The notes: generated by a model not told the origin, from the letters alone. A stretch of 24,318 nucleotides of DNA from Candidatus Heimdallarchaeota archaeon (GCA_019057375.1 DXJF01000127.1:1-24318), one strand, 5' to 3'. Counted from the stretch's first letter, positions 1 through 9,280 are shown. Translations and numbers: made by a program.

Positions 1-1020
1 CATGTTAATAATATATTCCGCATCAGCTACGCAAGTAGGAAGAGTTTTATACAGACCAGTATCATCTGCAAAGTAAATTTTTTGTGTACTTGCTTCTACT
101 TTTTGACGACCACGGGCTCCTCCTTCCATATCAACATAATCATCAAACAAATAAGCTGTTCTAGAACTTATAGCTCCATCTGTCATCAATTTACATGCTC
201 CAATTCTAAACCATTTATCACCAAATGTGCGATCAATTCCCAGCTTAGTCATCTCATCAATCATATCCTCGTATACAATACCGTATACTCTAATCTTCAA
301 ATCATTTTTTTTAGCGAGAAAATTGTAAGCAGGTAAGTTCTCAAAGGTTATATTGTCATGTACAGAAGTTATACCCAGACTAAGACATTCGTCCATTCCA
401 TAATCTAATCCTTTAATGAAATCCTCAAAAGTAGGTCGGATTTCTTTTTTATCTGAGAGATCTATATCCCTTAGTGTTCCGATTATCTTTCCTTTCTTAT
501 CAACATCAACACCTTTCTGATCCTTAGATAAACCTAAACGTGTGAAACCAAGGCCATTCACAACTTCAAAGTGCCCAGATACATGCTTAAGTATAACAGG
601 ATTTTCAGGACTTATAGGATCTAAATCAGCTGCTGTCATATACCTTTGTTCCAACCAATTGCTTTGATCCCAAGATCTACCTATGATCCACTCTCCAGGT
701 TTTTTTTTCTTGATTTCATTTTTTACTAAATCTAATGTTTCATTCAGACTTTTAGTCTGACTTAAATCAAGATGTACTTTATTCATGCCATTCCACGCAA
801 TATGTGTATGAGCATCAATAAATCCTGGTATCACGGTTTTATTGTCTGCATCTAAAACCTTAGTTGATGGCCCTATAAGAGGCTCTATTTCATCATTCGA
901 AGTGACTTTAAGGATAGTATCTGAATAAATAGCCATAGCTTCCATTCTAGGATTTTCATCATTAAGTGTCCAAATATTTGCGTTCTTAATAATTAAATCT
1001 GCAAATAATTCTGTACTCAT
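1..1020 (-). CDS. Amidohydrolase, YtcJ-like (amidohydrolase 3) family; 3'-partial, runs off the window. The last ~40 codons (1-120) do not look like this family (see findings).
   Basis: Not in the ORF track because no stop codon falls inside the window. Manual translation from ATG at 1020 is open for 340 codons: MSTELFADLIIKNANIWTLN...VIPGFIDAHTH (metal-binding HxH)...GEWIIGRSWDQS...LDPISPENPVILKHVSGH...LGITSVHD...IGACKLMTDGAISSRTAYLFDDY. These are typical YtcJ-family motifs. Confidence 0.88.
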   Translation of the reverse strand, partial: MSTELFADLIIKNANIWTLNDENPRMEAMAIYSDTILKVTSNDEIEPLIGPSTKVLDADNKTVIPGFIDAHTHIAWNGMNKVHLDLSQTKSLNETLDLVKNEIKKKKPGEWIIGRSWDQSNWLEQRYMTAADLDPISPENPVILKHVSGHFEVVNGLGFTRLGLSKDQKGVDVDKKGKIIGTLRDIDLSDKKEIRPTFEDFIKGLDYGMDECLSLGITSVHDNITFENLPAYNFLAKKNDLKIRVYGIVYEDMIDEMTKLGIDRTFGDKWFRIGACKLMTDGAISSRTAYLFDDYVDMEGGARGRQKVEASTQKIYFADDTGLYKTLPTCVADAEYIINM

Positions 1021-1087
1021 GAGCTATAATTTGGCCTTATTTTTTTAATCTTGTTATTCTATAAATTGATTATTAAAAGCAAAAAAA

Positions 1088-1097
1088 CAATATATAG
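1088..1097 (+). promoter_or_regulatory. Putative archaeal TATA box for the DUF362 gene
   Basis: CAATATATAG preceded by an A-run, about 25-30 nt upstream of ATG 1122/1125. The background is AT-rich, so this is only suggestive. Confidence 0.4.
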
Positions 1098-1121
1098 CTG
1101 TTTCTCTCATCTCACATAATA

Positions 1122-2027
1122 ATGATGTCGAAAGTTGCAGTTGTGTATACTAATAATAGGAAAGAAGGAACTTATCAAGTAATAGACTTATTAGGAATCA
1201 ACACTTTTAAAGGAAAAAATGTTGTTCTAAAACCCAATTTTAACACGGCTGATCCTCCTCCAGCTTCTACATCTATGATTGTTCTGAAATCAATAATCAT
1301 CAAACTTTACGATATGGGAGCTAAAACCATTACTGTAGCTGAACGAAGTGGACCTGTTGACACACACGATTGCATGAAGCAAAAAGGTTTGTTTGAATTA
1401 GCAGAAGAATTAAAATTTGAAGTAGTAAATTTAGCTGAGGTTCCATTAGAAGAGTATGTACACATTATTCCAAGCGATAGCCATTGGAAAAATGGCTTCT
1501 TGTTTGCAAAAATCTATCAAGATGCAGAATGTATTGTTGAGACATGTTGCTTGAAAACACATCAATATGGGGGGCATTTTACTTTTAGTTTAAAGAACGC
1601 TACTGGATTAGTTCCAAGAAGGAATCTAGATGGAACCGCACACATGCGGGAATTACATAGCTCTCCACACACAAGAAAAATGATAGCAGAAATAAACACT
1701 GCTTTTACTCCAGACTTAATTATTCTGGATGGAGTATCTGCTTTTGTTGATGGTGGACCAGCTAGAGGTACTATGAAAGAAGCTAATGTGGTATTAGCTT
1801 CTACAGATCGAATAGCTATTGATGCTGTTGGAGTTGCAATATTACGAATTTTAGGTACAACTCCTGAAGTTTCTAGAGGAAATATCTTCCAACAAGAACA
1901 AATAGCAAGAGCTGTAGAACTAAAGCTTGGGGTTCAGACAGCATCTGAAATCGAACTTGTAGCTAGCTCTAAAGAAGCAAATGAATTAGCAGAAAAAATC
2001 TATGCTGAGCTTCTACATAGAAAATGA
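1122..2027 (+). CDS. DUF362 domain-containing protein
   Basis: Motifs VVLKPNFNTAD, ITVAERSG, CCLKTHQYGGHFTFSLKN, PDLIILDG and DRIAIDAV match the DUF362 pattern (KPN...E.SG...LKTH...T.SLKN...D.VA.D). The start is ATG 1122 or 1125. Confidence 0.85.
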   Translation: MMSKVAVVYTNNRKEGTYQVIDLLGINTFKGKNVVLKPNFNTADPPPASTSMIVLKSIIIKLYDMGAKTITVAERSGPVDTHDCMKQKGLFELAEELKFEVVNLAEVPLEEYVHIIPSDSHWKNGFLFAKIYQDAECIVETCCLKTHQYGGHFTFSLKNATGLVPRRNLDGTAHMRELHSSPHTRKMIAEINTAFTPDLIILDGVSAFVDGGPARGTMKEANVVLASTDRIAIDAVGVAILRILGTTPEVSRGNIFQQEQIARAVELKLGVQTASEIELVASSKEANELAEKIYAELLHRK

Positions 2028-2084
2028 ATCTTTTATAGTTCATATTGTTAGTAATCCAAATACCTATAAAACTGAGTTGATTTA

Positions 2085-3452
2085 ATGCCTACTCTAGAAA
2101 CTGAACTTTCCCCTCCTACTGATGTCCAAATGAACATCAAAGCTGTTCTTAAAGCTCCTGAAACTAGAGAAGTAATAGCTTTTTTCACATCACAGTTTCT
2201 CAGTTTTGCTGTATATATGTCAATAAGACAACTATTTCCACTCTATATTCAAGAAAGAGTTTCTTTCCAAATGATGAATTATGCATTCTTCATGTCATTT
2301 AATAACTTCTTTCCCGATGAATTGAACAATTTTACATCAGGAATTGAAACAGAAGTATTAATACGGTGGGGGGTTATAGCTACAGTTTATACATTTACAG
2401 GTCTAATTGGGAGAATTCCAAGTGCTTGGCTTGTTGAAAAATTCGGTCGTAGAGTTTCTATTATAACATCATATGGGGTGATGATTTGTTCGGTTGGTTC
2501 ACTAGCCTTAACGGATAACACTGCTCTTCTAGCACTGCTTTTTGCAATGCTAAGACTTACGAATAATGTCTTCGGATTATCCAGTAGATCACTATTATCT
2601 GATATGAAATCTAAGTACAAAGGGTTGTATAACTCTCTTATCTCCAGTTTTGGAAGATTAGGAACACTGATAGGAGCAATAAGTCTAGGTTTCGTTTTAG
2701 ATTTCCTTCCTGGTTATGTTATGCTATTATGTGGTTTCATTGTTGCTATTTTTGGTTTAGGAATATTTCAACTTCTTTTTGTAAAGGGAAAAGCTGAAAC
2801 AATTCAGTTTATCAGAAGAGTAGATATTAAAAAAGGTGAAAAAACAAAATTTGATTTCAAAATATTCAAATCTAGAACATTTATCTTTTTCACATTAAGT
2901 TTCGTTATATTTGGATTTATCTCTGGTATAACAGATCCAATAATCTCTCTTTATGGCAAGAATATCCTTTTTCTATCTGAAAGAATGATAGGAACTATTT
3001 TAGGTTTATCTCAGTTAAGTTTTGTCCTTATCTCACCGTTCATAGGATGGATAATATCAAATAAACCAAAAACAAATAAAACGCTTCTACTTAGCGCTTC
3101 TGTCATTATTACGTTGAATTATTTACTCATATACTTAGTTCCAAGCAATGCATATATTTATGCTGCAATTTTATTTATCAAAAACATTGGACACGCATTA
3201 TTTTTCCCGGTAGTTTTTACAATCCTAACTTATGAACTACCTAAAGCTCATTTCTCAGTAATTTATTCAATTATAACTACTGGTTTCTTCTTAGGTTTAA
3301 CAAGTACAACTTACTTGTCTACAGTTCTATACAATATATCTCCAATCTATCCTTGGTTATTTGCGTGGATTGCTGCGATTTTACTGACATTAACAGTAAT
3401 TATTTACTTCATTTTTAGGAAAGGTGATGAAGTGAATAATTCAGTTAGCTAG
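2085..3452 (+). CDS. Major facilitator superfamily (MFS) transporter
   Basis: About 12 hydrophobic segments in two halves with a charged central loop; motif-A-like sequences SAWLVEKFGRR and GWIISNKPK. Substrate unknown. Confidence 0.88.
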   Translation: MPTLETELSPPTDVQMNIKAVLKAPETREVIAFFTSQFLSFAVYMSIRQLFPLYIQERVSFQMMNYAFFMSFNNFFPDELNNFTSGIETEVLIRWGVIATVYTFTGLIGRIPSAWLVEKFGRRVSIITSYGVMICSVGSLALTDNTALLALLFAMLRLTNNVFGLSSRSLLSDMKSKYKGLYNSLISSFGRLGTLIGAISLGFVLDFLPGYVMLLCGFIVAIFGLGIFQLLFVKGKAETIQFIRRVDIKKGEKTKFDFKIFKSRTFIFFTLSFVIFGFISGITDPIISLYGKNILFLSERMIGTILGLSQLSFVLISPFIGWIISNKPKTNKTLLLSASVIITLNYLLIYLVPSNAYIYAAILFIKNIGHALFFPVVFTILTYELPKAHFSVIYSIITTGFFLGLTSTTYLSTVLYNISPIYPWLFAWIAAILLTLTVIIYFIFRKGDEVNNSVS

Positions 3453-3484
3453 AAAGAGAACGCTATTCTTTTCATTTTGTTGAG

Positions 3485-3492
3485 CTTATATA
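3485..3492 (+). promoter_or_regulatory. Putative TATA box for the ABC exporter operon
   Basis: CTTATATA 22-29 nt upstream of the GTG start at 3514, consistent with a leaderless archaeal mRNA. Confidence 0.45.
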
Positions 3493-3513
3493 TTTCAGTT
3501 TATGTGAAGTAAT

Positions 3514-4593
3514 GTGTCAATAGAGATTGAAAGTATATGTAAACAATTTACAAAAAAGGGAAAAGAAATAAATGCATTGAAAAATGTATCATTGAAAATC
3601 AAAGAAGGTTCGTTTGTGGGCCTTTTAGGACCAAATGGAGCAGGTAAAACTACTCTTACAAAGATTCTTTCAACTCTTCTTCTTCCTTCAAGTGGAGATG
3701 CTTACATTGATGGTATTTCTATTAAAGAGGATAAGAAAATCAGGCAGATTGTAGGAGCTGTTTTTGGAGAAACAGGTGGAAGAAGTTTATATTATAGATT
3801 ATCGGTTTTAGACAATTTAATGTTCTATGGAACTTTAAGTGGTTTAAGTAAAACAGTAGCAAAAAAAAGAATTCAATCTCTCTTGAATTATTTTGATCTG
3901 GAGGAGAAAAAGAATACTCTAGTTATGAAGCTTTCTACAGGTATGAAGGCTAAAGTTCTTCTCATTAGATCCTTAGTTCCCTTTCCAAAAGTCTTATTGT
4001 TAGATGAGCCAACTTTAGGATTTGATGCTGAAAGTTCTGAAAAAGCTAAAGATTTACTTAATGAATTTAATAGAGAATTTGGAACAACAATCCTCCTTAC
4101 TAGTCACAATTTTCCAGAAATAGATGAACTAACTACCAGATTGATTCTAATTGATTCAGGAAAAATCGTTCAAGACTGTGCTCCTATGGTCTTCAAGCAG
4201 AAAGTTATTCAAGAATATATTCATCTAATCTTCTCATTACCTCCACTTCCAACCGATGGTTTCAAAATGTCTCAATTACCTACAGAGATTTTCAAAAAAC
4301 TTGTTAAAGATTCTGCAGGAGCTGAGGTAACTTCGCTCAAGGAAAAAGATGGCTTAAATTTCGTTTATGAAGTAACAATCCAACCAATTGAGTACTCGCT
4401 TAATGAAACGATTTCTAGAATTACTGTACTTATCTTACGAGCTAGTGGAGAAATCTACAAAATTGCACCGTATATGCCTAGTCTCAAAGAATCGTTCTTA
4501 GCATTTCTAGCTTTGAACAAAATAAATTCTGCTCCTGAACCAGAAGCAAAAGAAGAGATTTTCACTTTCCCAATGCAAGAGGAGGATGTGTAA
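3514..4593 (+). CDS. ABC transporter ATP-binding subunit (ABC-2/DrrA-like exporter)
   Basis: Walker A GPNGAGKTT, signature-like LSTGMKAK, Walker B LLLDEPT, H-loop TSH; C-terminal extension. GTG start. Confidence 0.95.
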   Translation: MSIEIESICKQFTKKGKEINALKNVSLKIKEGSFVGLLGPNGAGKTTLTKILSTLLLPSSGDAYIDGISIKEDKKIRQIVGAVFGETGGRSLYYRLSVLDNLMFYGTLSGLSKTVAKKRIQSLLNYFDLEEKKNTLVMKLSTGMKAKVLLIRSLVPFPKVLLLDEPTLGFDAESSEKAKDLLNEFNREFGTTILLTSHNFPEIDELTTRLILIDSGKIVQDCAPMVFKQKVIQEYIHLIFSLPPLPTDGFKMSQLPTEIFKKLVKDSAGAEVTSLKEKDGLNFVYEVTIQPIEYSLNETISRITVLILRASGEIYKIAPYMPSLKESFLAFLALNKINSAPEPEAKEEIFTFPMQEEDV

Positions 4594-4610
4594 ATATAAC
4601 TTATCCACTT

Positions 4611-5459
4611 GTGGATGTACTTAATTCCTTTAATTATACATCTAAGAAAAGTAACCCCTTTTCAAGAATTAGCATTATTTTCAAATCAAAAATAAAAATG
4701 GCATTGAGTTACAAAAGTAGTTATTTAATGACATTTTTCCTAAATCTTGTTACAATCGTTATGTATTTCTTCTTTAGCAAAATGAATCCAGACATGACTA
4801 CGTTCGGAATTCCATCAACTTATTTAGAATTTTGTTTTCTAGGTTTAAGTTTGCAGATGATCATAGGGACATCATTGGCAACCGTTTGTGGAAGTATTTA
4901 CAATGAAATAATTTCAGGAACTTGGTCTTATTTACTGTTTCAATTCAATTTTATCGAGTATTCTATAGGTAGTACTTTAGCAGGTGTTTTTCTTTCTTCG
5001 CTTTCTGTTTTTGCAGCATTATTCTTAGCTTATTTATTCATGGGAAGTTTTTATGTTATTTCAATTCAAGAAGTAATGATTGTTATCATTCTATTCTTGT
5101 TAATTTTAATAGCTCACATGTCAATTTCCATGATTTTTGCTGCATTCACAATTTACTATCAAAAAAACAGTGGGCTAGTTCCCTTATTATATCAACTTAC
5201 AATAACATTCACAGGCATTGTTTTTCCAATATCGTTACTTAAGGGGTTCCCAATGATCATATCTAGAGCGCTTCCTTTGACGTATGGTTTGGAAGCTTTG
5301 CATTCAATTGTGCTAGCTGATCAAAATAATTGGCAACTAATTGTAACAAACAGTATAATACTGTTAATTTCCTCTGTAGTTTTCGGAATTGTAGCCATTT
5401 TCTTAGCTTCTAAAAGTATTACTCATTCAAAAAAGCACAATAAAGTAGATTGGTATTAA
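4611..5459 (+). CDS. ABC-2 type transporter permease
   Basis: About 6 TM segments; G.W.YLL linker; TGIVFPISLL...SRALPLTYGLEALH is a typical ABC-2 permease C-terminal motif; follows the ABC ATPase directly. Confidence 0.88.
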   Translation: MDVLNSFNYTSKKSNPFSRISIIFKSKIKMALSYKSSYLMTFFLNLVTIVMYFFFSKMNPDMTTFGIPSTYLEFCFLGLSLQMIIGTSLATVCGSIYNEIISGTWSYLLFQFNFIEYSIGSTLAGVFLSSLSVFAALFLAYLFMGSFYVISIQEVMIVIILFLLILIAHMSISMIFAAFTIYYQKNSGLVPLLYQLTITFTGIVFPISLLKGFPMIISRALPLTYGLEALHSIVLADQNNWQLIVTNSIILLISSVVFGIVAIFLASKSITHSKKHNKVDWY

Positions 5460-6343
5460 TGTCAACAAAAAAAACTAGCAAGGTAATTGAAGAATTCCAA
5501 CATTCAGATTTATCCACATCTTTTTGGATGGGATTTAAAGCAACTTTTTACAGAAATATAAAGATAATATGGCAGTATAAGTTTACATTATTTTTAGGAT
5601 TTGTAAATACGTTCGCAGTTGCTAGTTTATTCTTTTACATAGGTAACATTGTTCCCAATCAAACCATAAACCAAGATGGTTACATTGTGAGTAGTGTGAC
5701 CTATATTTTTGCAGGGAGCATGTTAGTAGATATATCTACTCGTATACTCAGGAAATCAATGAACAGTTTCACAAGTGAGATGAAGCAAGGTACTTTCGAA
5801 ACTTTAGCAACTCAACCTTTTGGTCTGAAAAGATATTTTGTTTCTGAAATCACTTTTGAAGTGCTTTATAGTTTAGTTTTTTCATTTATTTATTATATTC
5901 CTGTTCTTCTGATTTTTCCTGTTTTCAGGGGTCTCAATCTTAGCTTTTTATCAGTGCTATCCTTTCTTTTGGTTATATTTTGCGTTATCTTATTTTTCTT
6001 TTCCCTATCTCTATTAACAGCAAATATAACCATACTAGTAAAGAGAGGAAGAGAGATTTCTATGGTTGTAATAGGTGTTATGCATCTATTAAGTGGAAGT
6101 CTCTTTCCTCTCTCCCTCTTCCCTGAATGGCTGAGAATAATTGCATATATCTCTCCGATGACGCTTGCTGTTCAATCATTTAGACTCTGTTTATTTGGAC
6201 AAGAAACTCTTATGAATGGTATAGTTTGGGGATCAGTAGTTATGTTAATACTTATGTCGATAGTAATGTTAATTCTGTTTAATCTAACCTACAAAAAAAT
6301 ATATTCAAAAATCAGATTCAAGGGGACAATGCATGAATACTAA
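5459..6343 (+). CDS. ABC-2 type transporter permease (second paralogue)
   Basis: EMKQGTFETLATQP and LSGSLFPLSLFPEWLRIIAYISPMT are ABC-2 permease motifs. Start reassigned to ATG 5459, which overlaps the upstream TAA (TAATG coupling). Confidence 0.9.
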   Translation: MSTKKTSKVIEEFQHSDLSTSFWMGFKATFYRNIKIIWQYKFTLFLGFVNTFAVASLFFYIGNIVPNQTINQDGYIVSSVTYIFAGSMLVDISTRILRKSMNSFTSEMKQGTFETLATQPFGLKRYFVSEITFEVLYSLVFSFIYYIPVLLIFPVFRGLNLSFLSVLSFLLVIFCVILFFFSLSLLTANITILVKRGREISMVVIGVMHLLSGSLFPLSLFPEWLRIIAYISPMTLAVQSFRLCLFGQETLMNGIVWGSVVMLILMSIVMLILFNLTYKKIYSKIRFKGTMHEY

Positions 6344-6365
6344 TGAATCTAAGATAATTTTCTAC

Positions 6366-7007
6366 TTACAGAAAATGAAGAAAATCATTAATTGCGGCTT
6401 CAATATTATCCTCTTGAGTAATTGCTCTACCAATAATTATAATGTCTGCTCCATTATTAAGAGCTCTAGCACTTGTTTCGAGATTTAATCCTCCAGCAAT
6501 AGCTATTTTACATTCTGAAAATTTTTCTTTGATTATTTTAATATTATTCCAAGGATGATCTATTTTTCCTTCTTGGTCTATTCCTCTATGAAAAAGAACA
6601 ACTTCTGGTTTCTTTGTTAAATTTTCAAGAATTTTAGATGGTGATTCAACATTCATACAATCTAAAAAAATAGCAATATTTCTTTTTTCAGCTTCTTCAA
6701 TTGATGAAACTAGTGTTTCATTAGGGGCTAATCCACTGATAGCTACAGCATTTGCTGAAGCTTCAGCTGAAATTTGAACCTCTAACCATCCAACATCTAG
6801 TGTCTTCATATCTGCAATGATATATGATGATGGATGAAATTCACGTATAAATTTCACTATATCAATTCCGAATTTCTTGATCAGAGGTGTTCCTGCTTCT
6901 AAAAGAATTTTATCTGAATCTGGAATTTTCAATAAGATTCTTTCTAATTCAGTCTTGTCAACTAAATCTAAAGCAATCTGCAGATAAGGAGGATTGTTGA
7001 TTTTCAT
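6366..7007 (-). CDS. 3-hexulose-6-phosphate synthase (HPS/KGPDC, OMPDC-like barrel), stand-alone, resembling the HPS domain of archaeal Fae-Hps
   Basis: PPYLQIALD, ILLEAGTPLIKKFG, IIADMKTLDVG, LFHRGIDQE, IAIAGG, DIIIIGRAIT. Confidence 0.85.
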   Translation of the reverse strand: MKINNPPYLQIALDLVDKTELERILLKIPDSDKILLEAGTPLIKKFGIDIVKFIREFHPSSYIIADMKTLDVGWLEVQISAEASANAVAISGLAPNETLVSSIEEAEKRNIAIFLDCMNVESPSKILENLTKKPEVVLFHRGIDQEGKIDHPWNNIKIIKEKFSECKIAIAGGLNLETSARALNNGADIIIIGRAITQEDNIEAAINDFLHFL

Positions 7008-7008
7008 T

Positions 7009-8367
7009 CTACAAACTCACTAACTTTGTAGGTACTTCTTCTTTCAGGATTCTTGGTTTAGCAATATCCTTGACATAGTTGAGAATGTATTCTTGATTTC
7101 TTTTATCACCATGAATTAAAACTATCTCATTTGCTCCTGATTTCTCCATTACTGCTTTCAAACCATCTACTGAACTGTGTCCAGAGTATGGGAATTTCAT
7201 TACTTTTGCTTTCAAGTTGATTTTCTTTGGATGACCATAGCTAGTTTGAAGTGTTATGTTTTTGTTCCCATCATATATGTCTCTTCCAGTTGTCCCTTCT
7301 ACTTGGTAGCCAGTAAATCCTAGGACATTATTTGGATTGGTTCCACATAGTTCCAAATAAGTGTGAATAGGACCACCTTCTAGCATACCAGAAGTAGTAA
7401 CAATGATTGAGCCCTCTTCATTTTTTGAAATGTATTTTCTAGAATTGTGTGATCTATTTGAAATTGAGGGAACAGGAATAAAATTTTGTTTTTCGAAAGG
7501 TGAATAAAGACCGGCATCTTTCAGCTGACTGAGAAAACGTTTGGATACCCACTTAGCACTTAGAAAGTGTTCAGTAACCATATTCATATGGTTTATCATT
7601 CCATCAATGTAAATAGGTACATCATTCAAATCATCATCTAAAGCTAAAGTAATCAATGTTTCCTGAGACCTACCTACTGCAAAAGATGGTAAAAGCATTT
7701 TATTTTTTTCATCTGTTATTTGTTTAGCCATAAGTCGAAGACCAACATCTATCTTTGATCTCTCAGGCACATAACGATTTCCATTAGTGGATTCTGTTAA
7801 TAGAACATCTATTTCCTCATCAGGTAAATCATATCCATCAAACATAGGAGTTATTCTATCATTTATGTCAGCAGTATAGAGAATCAACGTTCCTTCCCAA
7901 TCGATAAGTATTTGAGCTGCTCCTAGAACATGCCCAGCATTAATTAAACGTGCAGTAATTCCATCAGCTACTTTGAATGGTTTTTCATATTCTGTAGTTT
8001 TTATTCTTCGAAATACTTTATCCAAATCAGACTCTGACCAATGTCTTCTTCCTTCAATTTTTAGATGATCTAGCCAGAGTTTGTAAACTATTTCCTTGGT
8101 TGGGTGAGTCATGTAGTAATTTCCTTTAAAACCATGCTTAGATAAAGCGGGCATATACCCAGAATGGTCTATATGTGCATGACTTAGAAGAACTGAATTA
8201 ACTTTGTGTGCTATACTATCTACTCCTTTTGGAGCAATAGACATTTGTTTAGGGACCAATTGTAGACCACAGTCTAGAAGTATATTATGATCTCTATTGT
8301 GTAGAAGAAAACTACTTCTTCCCACATAGTCAGTAGCACCGTAAGCTGTAATATTTATATCGTTCAT
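7009..8367 (-). CDS. MBL-fold beta-CASP ribonuclease (CPSF73-like archaeal type without N-terminal KH domains)
   Basis: LLDCG, SHAHIDH, NAGHVLGAA, YTAD, TEST, PSFAVGRSQE, TSGMLEGGP, GYQVEGTTG, YSGH and IHG; all catalytic motifs appear intact. Confidence 0.92.
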   Translation of the reverse strand: MNDINITAYGATDYVGRSSFLLHNRDHNILLDCGLQLVPKQMSIAPKGVDSIAHKVNSVLLSHAHIDHSGYMPALSKHGFKGNYYMTHPTKEIVYKLWLDHLKIEGRRHWSESDLDKVFRRIKTTEYEKPFKVADGITARLINAGHVLGAAQILIDWEGTLILYTADINDRITPMFDGYDLPDEEIDVLLTESTNGNRYVPERSKIDVGLRLMAKQITDEKNKMLLPSFAVGRSQETLITLALDDDLNDVPIYIDGMINHMNMVTEHFLSAKWVSKRFLSQLKDAGLYSPFEKQNFIPVPSISNRSHNSRKYISKNEEGSIIVTTSGMLEGGPIHTYLELCGTNPNNVLGFTGYQVEGTTGRDIYDGNKNITLQTSYGHPKKINLKAKVMKFPYSGHSSVDGLKAVMEKSGANEIVLIHGDKRNQEYILNYVKDIAKPRILKEEVPTKLVSL

Positions 8368-8500
8368 TATTTACGCCTTGTAATTTTGAGTACTAAAAAT
8401 AAAGTAATTCACCCCAAAGGTTATTTCATTATTCTCTTCTTCAATAATGCCATATTTTCATATTAACTAAAAACGTTTTGATGTACTTAATTGAATATTT

Positions 8501-8510
8501 TTTTATATAA
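8501..8510 (+). promoter_or_regulatory. Putative TATA box for the Vps22/36-like gene
   Basis: TTTTATATAA about 27-36 nt upstream of ATG 8537. This supports ATG 8537 over the GTG at 8513 given in the ORF track. Confidence 0.5.
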
Positions 8511-8536
8511 GGGTGAGTAGATTCATCTTGATAATA

Positions 8537-9280
8537 ATGGTACCTGATAAAAAAAATGGCAAACAAAAGAAGCAAAAAGAAGAAAAAAAGGACCTTCGTT
8601 CAAATATTTCAGATGCTTACAAATCATTTGATGCAGGGTTGAAGGATACTCAAAGACAAGATGAAGACAGAAGGAAAGAAGTCTTTGAAGAAGGAATTGA
8701 GAGGATTGAAAAGAAATCAGAAAAAGATCTAATAGCTTCTAAAATGCTAGTTGGGAAGGTACTTGAACTTCGTAAAAGAGCAGGAATGGTAGAAACAATA
8801 GGAACTGCTGGTAAAGTAAAAACTCCAATGTTATTTGGTAAAGATGAATTCAAACAAAAGCTTGTTCAAGAAATAATGATCATAGGAACTGAAGAACTAG
8901 AAGATATTGGTAGCGCAATTACAGTTGTAAACCTCATAGATTACTTCAGGGGAACAAGACCAAACTGGAAGGTAGGAACAGGAGAAATCCTAGAAGTCAT
9001 ACGAAAACTAGAAGAGAAGGAAGTAATTCCACCAAAAGTAGATCTGGGTGAAGAAGAGGTCTTGATAAGATTCAAACCAATCGAAATGTCAAATGATATC
9101 CAAGAAATATTGATGCTAGCCACAGGATTACCATCATTATCGGTTGATAAAGTTGCTAGTCATTTAGGATGGTCAATGGAAAGAGCTCAAAGCACGTTGA
9201 CGCTGATGATGAAGATGGATTTAGCAATATTGGAAGAAGAATCTGGAGATTATTACTTCCCAGGTATTGCTAAAATGTAA
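8537..9280 (+). CDS. ESCRT-II Vps22/Vps36-like (EAP30 family) tandem winged-helix protein, a eukaryotic signature protein
   Basis: The C-terminal two thirds (MLFGKDEFKQKLVQEIMIIG...GSAITVVNLIDYFRGTR...EILEVIRKL...VLIRFKPIEMSNDIQEILMLA...LSVDKVASHLGWSMERAQSTLTLMMKMDLAILEEESGDYYFP) align by eye with eukaryotic Vps22/SNF8 (..GDFYYELGVQI..GGLITL.EL..R..D..RAIKKL..LIQSVP.EL..D...L..A..GYVT.S....L.W..ERA...L..L...GLAW.D.....YW.P). The N-terminus is a charged helical segment. Confidence 0.82.
   Translation: MVPDKKNGKQKKQKEEKKDLRSNISDAYKSFDAGLKDTQRQDEDRRKEVFEEGIERIEKKSEKDLIASKMLVGKVLELRKRAGMVETIGTAGKVKTPMLFGKDEFKQKLVQEIMIIGTEELEDIGSAITVVNLIDYFRGTRPNWKVGTGEILEVIRKLEEKEVIPPKVDLGEEEVLIRFKPIEMSNDIQEILMLATGLPSLSVDKVASHLGWSMERAQSTLTLMMKMDLAILEEESGDYYFPGIAKM

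Noticed and set aside
82-336. 84-aa plus-strand ORF in the track
   Set aside because: Antisense shadow of the amidohydrolase, which has clear family motifs on the minus strand.
2387-2620. 77-aa minus-strand ORF
   Set aside because: Antisense shadow inside the MFS gene; no motif.
3514-6343. Non-canonical ABC signature LSTGM and two permeases as a novelty
   Set aside because: LSxGM signatures and paired permeases are common in ABC-2/DrrAB-type exporters.
8650-9123. Two short minus-strand ORFs (8650-8853, 8941-9123)
   Set aside because: Ser/Phe-rich antisense shadows of the Lys/Glu-rich Vps22/36-like gene.
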